From contig NC_068982.1 in assembly GCF_001194135.2 (NCBI RefSeq), forward strand, positions 112,359,017 through 112,423,016: 64,000 bases of DNA, written 5' to 3'. This stretch comes from Octopus bimaculoides. Lineage: Eukaryota. Shown piece after piece: positions 1 through 11,925 of this stretch. The position numbers and the translations under genes are program-made. Each line of letters starts with the position of its first letter. Position 1 is the first letter of the stretch. The notes beneath the pieces were generated by a model. The model was given only the letters and a program-made list of their open reading frames with translations, had not been told where the DNA came from and ran no database searches.

Positions 1-989
1 TTTTCTCTAAAGAGTGTCACCTGAAACTTTGGGTTCTCTCCCATTTCTTTTCATTCGGCGTATATATTTCCATTGTATGCAAGTATTTTTCCCACGTGTT
101 TTGATAGTCAAATGTCATGTATTGTTCGTGGCTTGGTCTCCTTATCATCTTCCACATTGTACTTGTGCGTTTTTATCTAACTAGCTAACTAACTCTCTCT
201 TGCACTATAACTCTCTCTAACTCACCCACCTATACTTTATCGTGTTGTTATTCTGTTATTCTGAGGGTATTAGTCATGCTACAAAAAGAAAAAAAAGAAA
301 GAAAGGAAGAAAATACACAGCGGATTGCAGTATCTCTCTAATTATTGAAACGCTGTAACATAACACACTGCAAAATCATAAATAACATACGAAGTACATC
401 GTGCTCCAAAACGTCTTGTAATTGACTGCTATACACGCACATACATCCCTTCGATGATCATGCATATACACGAATAAATGATAAGTCCTAATGCTTTAAT
501 TGCTGATCAAACACGCTATATCTTCTTCCCTGATGAATACTTTCTGAAATACTTACATAGTTTTATAGAAAATAGATTTAATGTATATATTTTCTTAAAC
601 TGTTTTCTCTGGAGACCACGAATTCTCTGGGTGTACATGTTCGGAAGAAGCAAAAAAAAAATGTGTAAGTAGCATGTTGACTTGAAGCTCTATAGAAGCA
701 AACAGTAAGATGTTCGTTCAACAGCCAACAATTTTGAATGAAGTAGAATCAATAAACTAAGTCTCTCTTTAGCTGGTATTCACCTCCAAAGCGTTAATTT
801 ATTGCTCTTTTAATCAATATTTTTATTTATTCTAATTTTCTTCCTTCATACATGTCTCGTACTTAATCATTTGTAGATTTTTTTTTTCAATTATTACCGA
901 AGATATCTCATGTAGCTGAATATGAAAAACCGTTTAGCAATATGATCTGAAATGGAATTCTTGTGGTATATTGTGTTTTGGTTAAACGG

Positions 990-991
<2 letters not shown>

Positions 992-1038
<47 letters not shown>
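992..1038. repeat. (TA)n microsatellite
   Basis: Directly visible. Confidence 0.97.
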
Positions 1039-1039
<1 letters not shown>

Positions 1040-1859
1040 TAACAGGATACAAATTTCTTCTTCCTATGTTGTTTTACTATGCTCGAAGTTAAACTTCTCA
1101 ATTACTTTCTTGAAAATTCTAGTATTTATATTGAAATTTATTACCGAAAGATGGATCCCTATAAAATAATATATACAAGCATACATATATACATGTATAA
1201 ATAAAATATACACACGCGCACACACGCTCACTCACGCGAATAAGTTGTTTTGTTTTGTAAATAATGTCCTATCTGTTTATTACGTAGTGTTCGAGCCATA
1301 ACTAACTTTGGAGGTTTGGTAAGTTTGATTTTTCGAAACGAAACATGTGAGTGTATAGTTTCCATTGAAATCAACCATATGTAAGGCGTAAAGTTACTTT
1401 AATGAATATAAAGTTCAATAACGTGATAATGGAGAATAGAACTGACTGCATTACAAAATCCCTGAAATGATACGTATTAGTGTATTAATGTATTATATAC
1501 GGTATTTTGTATTCCTTAAGAATAATAATGGATGTAAACCGCCAGCTCTACAGGAATGATAACCAAGGTATTTTGATGTCTGCGTAATACCTGGTATATT
1601 TCTCATGTGTAAGTCTTCGATCTAGCTAAACCGACAATACAGCTAATAATGGTAACAAGGTCGATAGATATTGGATTGGGGCCTCTAGTGAGCTTCTATC
1701 CTTCATTGCAAGAAGCAGAGGGGAATTCATCTATTATATATATATATATTCGCAGATATATGTACATAAAATGCATATACATTTACATATGTACACATAT
1801 ATGCATATACATACAAACCCACAAACCCCCAAATATATATACATGTATATATGTACGAA

Positions 1860-1911
<52 letters not shown>

Positions 1912-3295
1912 ATGTGTGTACGTATAAGCTTAGATATGTTTCGGCCCAAAATTCGCCTACACCATGTCTAACTTTGTAGCACTTGTATTTGCTCGTGTCT
2001 GTGAGACACTAGAGAGATAGAGAAAAGGAGAGAGAAAGATAAAGTAAGATAGATAGACAGACAGACAGACAGATAGATAGACAGATAGATAGATATCTTT
2101 TTATTATAGCCACACAGGGCTAAATACAGAAAATGGACAAATTACAAAGTAGAGCTTTGGGGGNNNNNNNNNNNNNNNNNNNNNNNNNNNNNNNNNNNNN
2201 NNNNNNNNNNNNNNNNNNNNNNNNNNNNNNNNNNNNNNNNNNNNNNNNNNNNNNNNNNNNNNNNNNNNNNNNNNNNNNNNNNNNNNNNNNNNNNNNNNNN
2301 NNNNNNNNNNNNNNNNNNNNNNNNNNNNNNNNNNNNNNNNNNNNNNNNNNNNNNNNNNNNNNNNNNNNNNNNNNNNNNNNNNNNNNNNNNNNNNNNNNNN
2401 NNNNNNNNNNNNNNNNNNNNNNNNNNNNNNNNNNNNNNNNNNNNTTAAAGGTACATGAAAGTAAGTACCTTCTCTCTTTTTGTCTCTTTTTGTTACAAGT
2501 CTATGCTTAAAATGGTGTCGTCTTTCATTCTTACCATTCTTGCCACATTTACCCATTTTTTATTGAAACTTTCATTCGACAACACCTTCCTCTCTATCCT
2601 CATCCTCCTTTTCAAGTGGTACTTGAAAAAGTTGACGAGGGGCTGACCAGAGAGGAAAGTGTTTGTTTGTAGAGATAGATAGATAGATAGATAGATAGAT
2701 ACATACATACATACATACATAGGCTGATAGAAAGATAGAGAGGGAGAGAAAGAAAGAGAGAGGAGATAGATAAATAGAGATAGCGAGATAGAGGGAGGGA
2801 GAGGGAGAGAGGGGTAGAGAGAAGAGAGTGTATATGCGAGTGACAACGTTATTAACAGAGACTCTGAATCTAGATATTCGAAAGTTCATTGATCAACATG
2901 TGATTGTAACTTTAATATACACAAGCACACTCACATACACATACATACATAAACACATGTACACAATCTCACAGAAGAATAGAAATAATGTTAACATGTC
3001 TCCCGTATCGATTTCAGAAGGTGTTCACGGTTGATTAAATCGACTTCACTACTTAACTGGTACTTGTGTAAACAGACTCGTAGTCTGAAATAGGTGACAA
3101 CTAATCCAGAGAAAAGCAGTACTGCGAGAGTTAACACGAATCATTTAAAAATATATAGCTCATAACTTTGTGTTATGTAGTCCGTAGCCCATGACTTGTA
3201 CATTGCTCTCTGACACTAACTTGTGTAGAAAACATGTTTAAATATGTATGTATGCATGTATATATGTATGAATATGTATATATATATGTGTTTGC

Positions 3296-3425
3296 CACCT
3301 TGGAATCCTCTGTGTAGTTGGTTGATCCACTACTCAGGAAGAGACTATTCTAGAGTACGTCCTGTCTGGTCTTCGAAACGTCTAGATAGAATAGAGACAG
3401 CTGATGAAGGGATATTCCAAGGTGC
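3296..3425 (+). mobile_element. Penelope-like terminal-repeat relic with a degenerate hammerhead-like core
   Basis: CTA-CTCAGGA...GGTCTTC-GAAAC-GTC-TAG, then ACAGCTGATGAAGGG; 11-bp inverted repeat CACCTTGGAAT/ATTCCAAGGTG at the ends; a more degraded copy lies at ~1610-1670. Confidence 0.45.
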
Positions 3426-3890
3426 TTTCCGTTTTCCTATGTGTTCGTTCCGTTGTCTGTAGTTTATTGTTCTAACGTCCTGTACCCTGATATGCATGTA
3501 TATACACATGTAGATGTAAGTATGTACATATATGTGTGTATACATGTATATATATTCTTTGTATTATTATATATATATATATATATANNNNNNNNNNNNN
3601 NNNNNNNNNNNNNNNNNNNNNNNNNNNNNNNNNNNNNNNNNNNNNNNNNNNNNNNNNNNNNNNNNNNNNNNNNNNNNNNNNNNNNNNNNNNNNNNNNNNN
3701 NNNNNNNNNNNNNNNNNNNNNNNNNNNNNNNNNNNNNNNNNNNNNNNNNNNNNNNNNNNNNNNNNNNNNNNNNNNNNNNNNNNNNNNNNNNNNNNNNNNN
3801 NNNNNNNNNNNNNNNNNNNNNNNNNNNNNNNNNNNNNNNNNNNNNNNNNNNNNNNNNNNNNNNNNNNNNNNNNNNNNNNNNNNNNNNNNN

Positions 3891-3921
<31 letters not shown>

Positions 3922-3988
3922 TACATATATACATATATATATATATACAGATATATATGTGTGTATGCATGTATGTATGTACGATTGG

Positions 3989-3989
<1 letters not shown>

Positions 3990-4082
<93 letters not shown>
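3990..4082. repeat. Compound (CA)n(TA)n(TG)n microsatellite
   Basis: Directly visible. Confidence 0.97.
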
Positions 4083-4085
4083 TTG

Positions 4086-4230
4086 AGGGACCATAGCCTA
4101 GTGATTAGGGGTGGTGTACTCACGATCGCTACATCGAGGTTTCAGATCGTAAACTGAGCCGTTTCCAATCATGGCCTGAGCAAAACACTTGATCTCACGC
4201 TGTTCTGGGAATACTTCGACATATTGAAGT
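4086..4230 (+). mobile_element. tRNA-SINE head fragment related to family B
   Basis: TAGCCTAGTGATTAGG (A-box-like), GGTTTCAGATC (B-box-like) and GAGCAAAACACTTGATCTCACG, which resembles GAGCGAAACACCTAAGCTCCACG of the 53-kb copy. Confidence 0.6.
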
Positions 4231-4570
4231 GTATGCACACAATAATTATAAGTTAATTTGGTTTCAAATTTCTTGGCGTTTGTAGAAAATGGTAAATAAT
4301 AATGTTCAAGAAACAACAAAAAAAAATGTTATCTTGAAATAATAATTTAATAAAACAAACTTCTAATTTGTATGAATTCTCCTTTTACTTCACTGTCATT
4401 TACTCCTTGCCCTGCTTCTGCTACCAAACCTAGTATGCATCTCTCATCCCTTATGTTAATTCCCGCTCTCTGCATCTCTCTTTTTCTCTCTCTTCCTCTC
4501 CCGCTACACGACGGAAAGTGTAACTGGAAAATTTAACCAACCAACATTAGCTCATTATATAAAGATATAA

Positions 4571-4787
4571 GGCGGTGAGCTGGCAGAATCGTTAGCACTC
4601 CGGGAAAAATACTTAGCGACATTTCGTCTGTCTATATGTCCTGAGTTCAAAGTCCGCTGTGGTGGACTTTGCCTTACGTCTCTTCGGGGTTGATAAAATA
4701 AGTGCCAGTTGAACACGGGTCGATGTAATAGACTTAACTACTCACTTACAAAAATTTGCTGGTCTAGTGCCAACATTTGAAATCATT
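4571..4787 (+). mobile_element. tRNA-derived SINE, family A (~215 bp), full length
   Basis: Head GGCGGTGAGCTGGCAGAATCGTTAGC (A-box-like), TGAGTTCAAAGTCC (B-box-like), central GACTTTGCCTT..TTCGGGGTTGATAAAATAAGTGCCAGT, tail TAGTGCCAACATTTGAAATCATT; aligns by eye with more than 10 other copies in the window. Confidence 0.9.
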
Positions 4788-4846
4788 TTTATATATGTAT
4801 GTGTGTTTGTATATCTACATACATATATCCTTTTAGTTTCTATCCC

Positions 4847-4908
4847 TTTTGTTTTTTACTTGTTTCAGTCATTGGTCTACTGTCGCGCCTTGATGGGTTT
4901 AGTCGATT
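4847..4908 (-). mobile_element. 3' tail fragment of SINE family C
   Basis: TTTTACTTGTTTCAGTCATTGG...CGCCTTGATGGGTTTAGTCGA is the reverse complement of the family C tail. Confidence 0.55.
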
Positions 4909-7265
4909 TTATTCATTTTATTTAAGCCTGTCATTGCTGAACCTCATTATTACAAGATCCTGAACGAGCCAACGCTGGTTTATCTATCGGAGTGAGATAA
5001 GTCCAGAAATGCACACGCAAAGCACTCTCCAAACTACCACACGTCAACAAATATACTTGCAAAGTGTGGGTCGATTCGAGCCAGTAGTAGAAGGTACTTG
5101 TCGTAGGTGCTATAAAAGAATTAACGAAGCTAATTTTATCAATTAGGGAGCACAAAACACCATTAAGTCTTTTGTATCCAATCTAAGGCTAGTGAGGGCG
5201 ATGCTTTGAAAGTTCAGTTTGAGTTTACACAAACTGTTATCTACTTAGGGAATATGCAAATAACTTAAAACTGCAAAGCAAAGTGTTTTGTGCAGCATTT
5301 GTAGGGTGGAACACGGTTAGGACGAGCGCAAGAGAAATCTGTGTAACGATGTGAAATGACTACGACCAGGAATTAAAGCGAAATTGCGGTCTCGGCTGAC
5401 AGGATGTTTGCTTCCACTCTATGTGGCTCATCAACCACTCACTGTCTGAAATGCTAATTGATCCATTAATCTATAATTTAGATGGCAACTAGATGAACAT
5501 TTAAAATGGTGAATGCAAAAATATCAAACGGAACTATCTTAACTTAGTTTATCAATAACAATTGATCAAAGATTTATGAGCAAAGTGAACGTAAATGATA
5601 AATAATACGTACTACGTCTAATTAGTTTACGAAGCTAAATTTTCCAGCTTATTTAATTAATAATGGGAAACTTTCGGCGTGTTAATTAAAACCTGAGCAT
5701 GTTTTACGAAACCCTTTTTTTTCCTGAACGTAGTGTAAAGATAACATAATATAGTTTACATTATGAGTACATAATGACTTCTGAGTAATTAGAAGTACTT
5801 GAGAGAAAATAATTTTATGAAATATACAGGTTATTTTAATTGAATAGATAATATTTACTTAAACATGATTTATTGATTAAAAAGTACCAGAGTACCGAAG
5901 GAATCATTAATTCACGATGCTTGGAGTTATACTAATTTGATCTATATCCTATCTTAATTTTCTGACGAACAAAACAGTAAAAAAATCTGGTGATGCACCA
6001 CCAAACAAGTGCTACACCTAATAATTACCATAGAAACGACACGAAAGGCAGGAATCTACAACCGACTGTACGTGTGTGTGATCTCACATAGATCATAGCC
6101 GTTACAATTAGTACCATGTACCATTTAGTCGCTACTTGTTTTAGGTATCTCCCCATGTTGCAAAACAAGCCGAGAAGAGTGGGTCGGTAATACTTGAGTG
6201 ACGAACAAAGGTCATTATAGCAAGTGCAGTAAAAACAGACAGAAAAGTCATCACGCTTGTGGGCCGGAGGCTACACAGAGTCACATATATTGTGAAAAAT
6301 TTCATATAAGTCAATTGAGTGAACTTTCGCTGTATGCTATCCGGGGTATCTGTGTGTGTGTATGTATGCATATATTAGCGCATATATTTGTGCTTGTACG
6401 CATGTAAAACATTTACGCCATACCGAGATAACGCTTTTGTACTTTATATTTAGTGGTGCAAAATGTATAAAATGTAATACTGCATATCTTTTTTTAAAAG
6501 AGGAAAACCCATAAAAGAAGGAAAATAAAGCAGAGCAACCCAGTTATACTGTGAAAAAGAAAATGCACAGCAGTTATTTCATTTTTAATAGCTTACTGGC
6601 TCTTTTTGTAGTCCTCCCAGAAGATGAAGTGACAGTTTTTGCTCAAAGTGCTCTCTCATTATTAATACATGTGTAAGTCTACTAGGGTTCCTTCTAACTA
6701 AAACATGACAGCTTTGGCAACATAGAGAATGTCAGAGAAATTTTCTAAAGTGTTCTCACCTGCATTAGCAAGCAATCCAAAGGCGTGTGAAGATTTTAAA
6801 TATTGGAAAGCCTCCACTTATTTTATTTCATTAACCCCATACCCATTTTTGTAAATTACAAGCTTTGTTATTGTTACTACTGCTTTCGTTGATGCTGGTG
6901 CTGCTTAGCCGTAGTCTGGCCCTATAGATTCATGATGAAATGTGTTCCAGCCGTAATCGTTTCGTATTGACATAGAGTACATCGAGCAGACGATGTCCCT
7001 TATAAAACTTAGCAACGAATTAACCTATGCAAATATGCATACATACACGCACGCAAGCGAGCACGCACACGCACTCATACATATATATAAATAATTATAC
7101 CTTTATCTATGTATGTGAGTGTATGCCTCTCCTGTGTGAGAGTGCATATGTATATATGAGTCTGGCTATCATAACTATAATCCCTGACATACGCTCTAGG
7201 CTAACTGGGACTTTTGCCAATACACACGCACAGGTGTACACATATGCTTATATATATGTGCGCGC

Positions 7266-7309
<44 letters not shown>

Positions 7310-7379
7310 TTGTGTACATATAAACGTATGTTTGAGTAGCCAATCTATGTCTCTAAATTTCACAGAAATAAGCACATGC

Positions 7380-7437
7380 ACACACTCACACACACACGCG
7401 CACGTATACACCCATACACACGCGCACTCACATACAC

Positions 7438-7500
<63 letters not shown>
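7380..7500. repeat. (CA)n microsatellite, imperfect
   Basis: Directly visible. Confidence 0.95.
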
Positions 7501-7501
<1 letters not shown>

Positions 7502-8033
7502 GTAAAAGAGGGGCAGAAACTGCGTTGACAGCAATAATAATAATAATAATCTTTCCAGGAGAGTTTGTCAATAAGTGGCGTTCGTTTGAGGGGTGGAAGA
7601 GCCTCCGTTGAATGCGTTTGCGTTCAACACATTGGATATGTTTCATATCACACACAGCAACCAAACTTCTTGACAACTTCACACAGTCATAAAGAACTTT
7701 GAACATGACATAAGTATAATTGTAGAACTATAACAACCAGTGAAGTGGAAGATGGACTTCTGTGTCGGAGATTTCAGTGATTATTTGACAAACAAGTGAG
7801 AGAAGAAGCAAAAGATCGTCTAACAGGTTGGAAAAATATTTAGAAGAGTGAGTACTAGGTTGTCAGCTGAAATGAAGTCCACTTGCATATTCTGAACTAA
7901 CGATATAATTATATCAAGGTGTGCACAAAGCAGCACGTGCAGAGACATGCACACACATATATGCGCACGCGTGCGTGTATATGTATGTATATATGTGTGT
8001 GTGCGTGTGTTTGTGTATTTATGTGTAGGTATA

Positions 8034-8066
<33 letters not shown>

Positions 8067-8160
8067 GTATGTATATATATATACATACATATGCATATAT
8101 ATACGTACACACACATATATATATATACTTATATATGCATACACACGCACACGCGCGCGC

Positions 8161-8196
<36 letters not shown>

Positions 8197-8404
8197 NNNN
8201 NNNNNNNNNNNNNNNNNNNNNNNNNNNNNNNNNNNNNNNNNNNNNNNNNNNNNNNNNNNNNNNNNNNNNNNNNNNNNNNNNNNNNNNNNNNNNNNNNNNN
8301 NNNNNNNNNNNNNNNNNNNNNNNNNNNNNNNNNNNNNNNNNNNNNNNNNNNNNNNNNTGTATATGTATGTATATATGTGTGTGTGTATGTACATGAACAT
8401 TAAT

Positions 8405-8550
8405 AACTGCAACGTATATGTCCAGTATCTTTTGCGTCGTTTAATGTTGTGACGAGAAAATTGATTGTTGTTCAGCGCTCTGACACAAAGCGGACAAATG
8501 ATATTAACCACTCTGAAGACGTATAAACAAATGATGTCTTTGAAAATAAC

Positions 8551-8615
<65 letters not shown>

Positions 8616-8630
8616 TGATAATAATAATGA
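8405..8630 (+). mobile_element. Possible extreme 3' end of an RLE LINE with (AAT)n tail
   Basis: LLRRLML* (8432-8452) followed by ~100 bp and an (AAT)n array; only one short motif matches. Confidence 0.3.
8551..8630. repeat. (AAT)n microsatellite
   Basis: Directly visible. Confidence 0.97.
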
Positions 8631-9947
8631 TAGGTTTACGCTCTATATTCATATTAACCTCAATTGTTTGCGTTAACGAAACTTGAAAATCAAGGGGCCA
8701 GACAATATGATGACATAAATTTTGTGTATGGAATTTTAATAATTCCCTTATCTATACAATAGTCAATATAAATAATAGATGAATGCTCTAAATATATAAT
8801 AAATATATAAATTATATATTCCACATTTTGTTAATATAAATGATCACTAAATATTTAGTGATCGCAACAATAATTCTAATTTTGGCATATTTGGAATTAT
8901 AAACAATATGTTTTCCTCAAGGTTTTGTTTTATTTTTTTTGTCAGCAGTAAACAAAACCAAGAATCTGTCTATTTACTTGCAAGACATACTGATTTGAGA
9001 GACTGTAATAATAAGTCTATAGAAGTAGATCCGCATTGGCATTTACTTGTCGCGAGCCTGCTGGTGAGCGATGTTTAATGGTATTGCTTGTTACTTTTTT
9101 AAAACTTTATATGCACAAATAATGATTTCTTATATGTCCAAATAATATAAAAGGAAAACACGCCATGTTTTCATTAAGCCGTTAGCATTCCTTTGCACAA
9201 AGTAATCTGAAAGCGCGTGGTTTCTATAAGGATATGTCTTTTTTTTTTCTTCTTCCCAATTAAGAGAATATATAGTAAAACGAATGAAGAACAGCTCAGA
9301 GATCTACACAATACTGAGCATATTATATATCCATGCTTACGCACATCATGAAAATCCATATAGGCAATGAAAACATGCATAGTCAGAAAAAAAAACAGCA
9401 ATACATTTATATATACGCACAGAAATACACACCTGAAGCATATGGAGAAAATAATTTGGAAATACAGTGAATGAAGACGACATTGAGATTGTGTAGGGAA
9501 TAAAGAAAATAATCTATAATGATCGCATTTACCATAGCTCTTTATGTCTTCACGTACTGGTTTCTAACAGTAAACATGCTAGTGATTCAAGAGTGGAAAA
9601 CGATATGAGATTGTGCCGTCTTCATTTCCTTCACGACTGAATTTGTTGGCATAAACATGTTGTAGCTATAAGTGGAAATTGTAGTCGATACCAGAACGGA
9701 CAGCACTGGTCATGATAAGAGAGACACGAACTTGAGATTATTGTTTGCTCTTTGAAAGTACGATGCAGTTATTGGGAGAAGAAAATATTTTACGCTGTTC
9801 GGGAGCAGCCATAAACTTCCTCTAGATACAGTTTGTGTTTACAGAATGGAAACTCAACTATACCCTTTCCACAAAACCCTGAGATCGGAGCAGGTGTTGA
9901 AAAGATCTTAAGCATAGGAAAAGTTTAAAGGAGTTATGTATATACAT

Positions 9948-10053
<106 letters not shown>

Positions 10054-10463
10054 GTATTTATATATATGCAGCATATAATGTAACCAAGTAGAAAGGAATT
10101 ATAGTTACACATAGTCTACATCCAAACAATATATTCTCAAGATTCATTCTGATACATATATTCCAGATGTATGAAAACAACAAAATGCATTACAATTAGA
10201 TGGAAATGATTCTTCTTACGAAACCACTTCTTGGCGGATCAATTGATTGCTTATAAATGCTATTGATCATCGCAAATACTTTCTTTTGATTTAACTTTTT
10301 AACATTCTTTTAAACAAAAACAAATACATATATACAAAAACAAATATATATATACATATATATACATATAGATACGTGGGGTTGTATTGTTGGAGGTTGG
10401 TTTAACTAGTCGAAAACATCGCAGTGACCGTATAAAATATTTTTGCTTTAGAATACTATAGTA

Positions 10464-10546
<83 letters not shown>

Positions 10547-11070
10547 NNNNNNNNNNNNNNNNNNNNNNNNNNNNNNNNNNNNNNNNNNNNNNNNNNNNNN
10601 NNNNNNNNNNNNNNNNNNNNNNNNNNNNNNNNNNNNNNNNNNNNNNNNNNNNNNNNNNNNNNNNNNNNNNNNNNNNNNNNNNNNNNNNNNNNNNNNNNNN
10701 NNNNNNNNNNNNNNNNNNNNNNNNNNNNNNNNNNNNNNNNNNNNNNNNNNNNNNNNNNNNNNNNNNNNNNNNNNNNNNNNNNNNNNNNNNNNNNNNNNNN
10801 NNNNNNNNNNNNNNNNNNNNNNNNNNNNNNNNNNNNNNNNNNNNNNNNNNNNNNNNNNNNNNNNNNNNNNNNNNNNNNNNNNNNNNNNNNNNNNNNNNNN
10901 NNNNNNNNNNNNNNNNNNNNNNNNNNNNNNNNNNNNNNNNNNNNNNNNNNNNNNNNNNNNNNNNNNNNNNNNNNNNNNNNNNNNNNNNNNNNNNNNNNNN
11001 NNNNNNNNNNNNNNNNNNNNNNNNNNNNNNNNNNNNNNNNNNNNNNNNNNNNNNNNNNNNNNNNNNNNNN

Positions 11071-11129
<59 letters not shown>

Positions 11130-11759
11130 TAAAGAGAGAGTCAGACGGAGATAAAGAAAGAGAATCCGTGTCATATAACAGTAGCGTGGTATTGTTCTAA
11201 ATCGATATTTCTAGTTCCTACTCTGTGTATAATGCTTCACTATCGTTACCTGGTCGTTAGGAGTCATTTTGCTCATAAATGTTAGTATGAGTAGCAAAAG
11301 ATATTCTTAATTAACAAGAGATACAAAATGAATTTTTCTTATATCATCATATTATGAAACGTCAAGCAAAAGACTTTTGCTTCCTACAGTGTATCTTCTC
11401 ATTAATCAATTTGTTGTACTATACTATGTGTATTCTGCATCCCTTCCAGGCTATATAATCCAAGTTAGCACGTAACCAACCGAACAGAAAGCAACCGGTG
11501 CCAATACAGACGTTGTGTTTCCTTTAGAACAATTCTTAATTGTATTATAACCAATTTAGACAGAGAAACGCTATTTTATTTTTGCTAAAATCTAATTAAT
11601 TTTCTATTTCTTTCAGTCTTCTGTTAAAGTTTAATGATTTTTCAATTTTCTATTTATTATTGTTACATCTTCATTCTCCTAGTTTAACCAGCTTCTTTCT
11701 TCTCTATTTCAAACATTTGTTTTGATTTTCGATTTGTAGAATTGGAACAAAGAACATTC

Positions 11760-11925
11760 TCTCGTCGAAGTTTCTATATAATGATGTAGCAAAGGGACCG
11801 TTCATTGAAGATTGTGTGCAAAGATGTTAAAGGATCGTTCATTTGAGTTGTATATAATGATGTTGTTAAGAGCTCTTTCATTAAAGATTTTCTATAAGTA
11901 TGTTGCTAAGGGATCTCTCATTGGA
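11760..11925. repeat. Degenerate ~39-bp minisatellite, ~4 copies
   Basis: TCATT anchors at 11802, 11839, 11878 and 11918; ATAATGATGT recurs 76 bp apart. Confidence 0.7.

Noticed and set aside
9845-9893. Possible exon after gtttgtgtttacag
   Set aside because: Donor CAG|gtgttg is weak, two frames are open and nothing links it to other candidates
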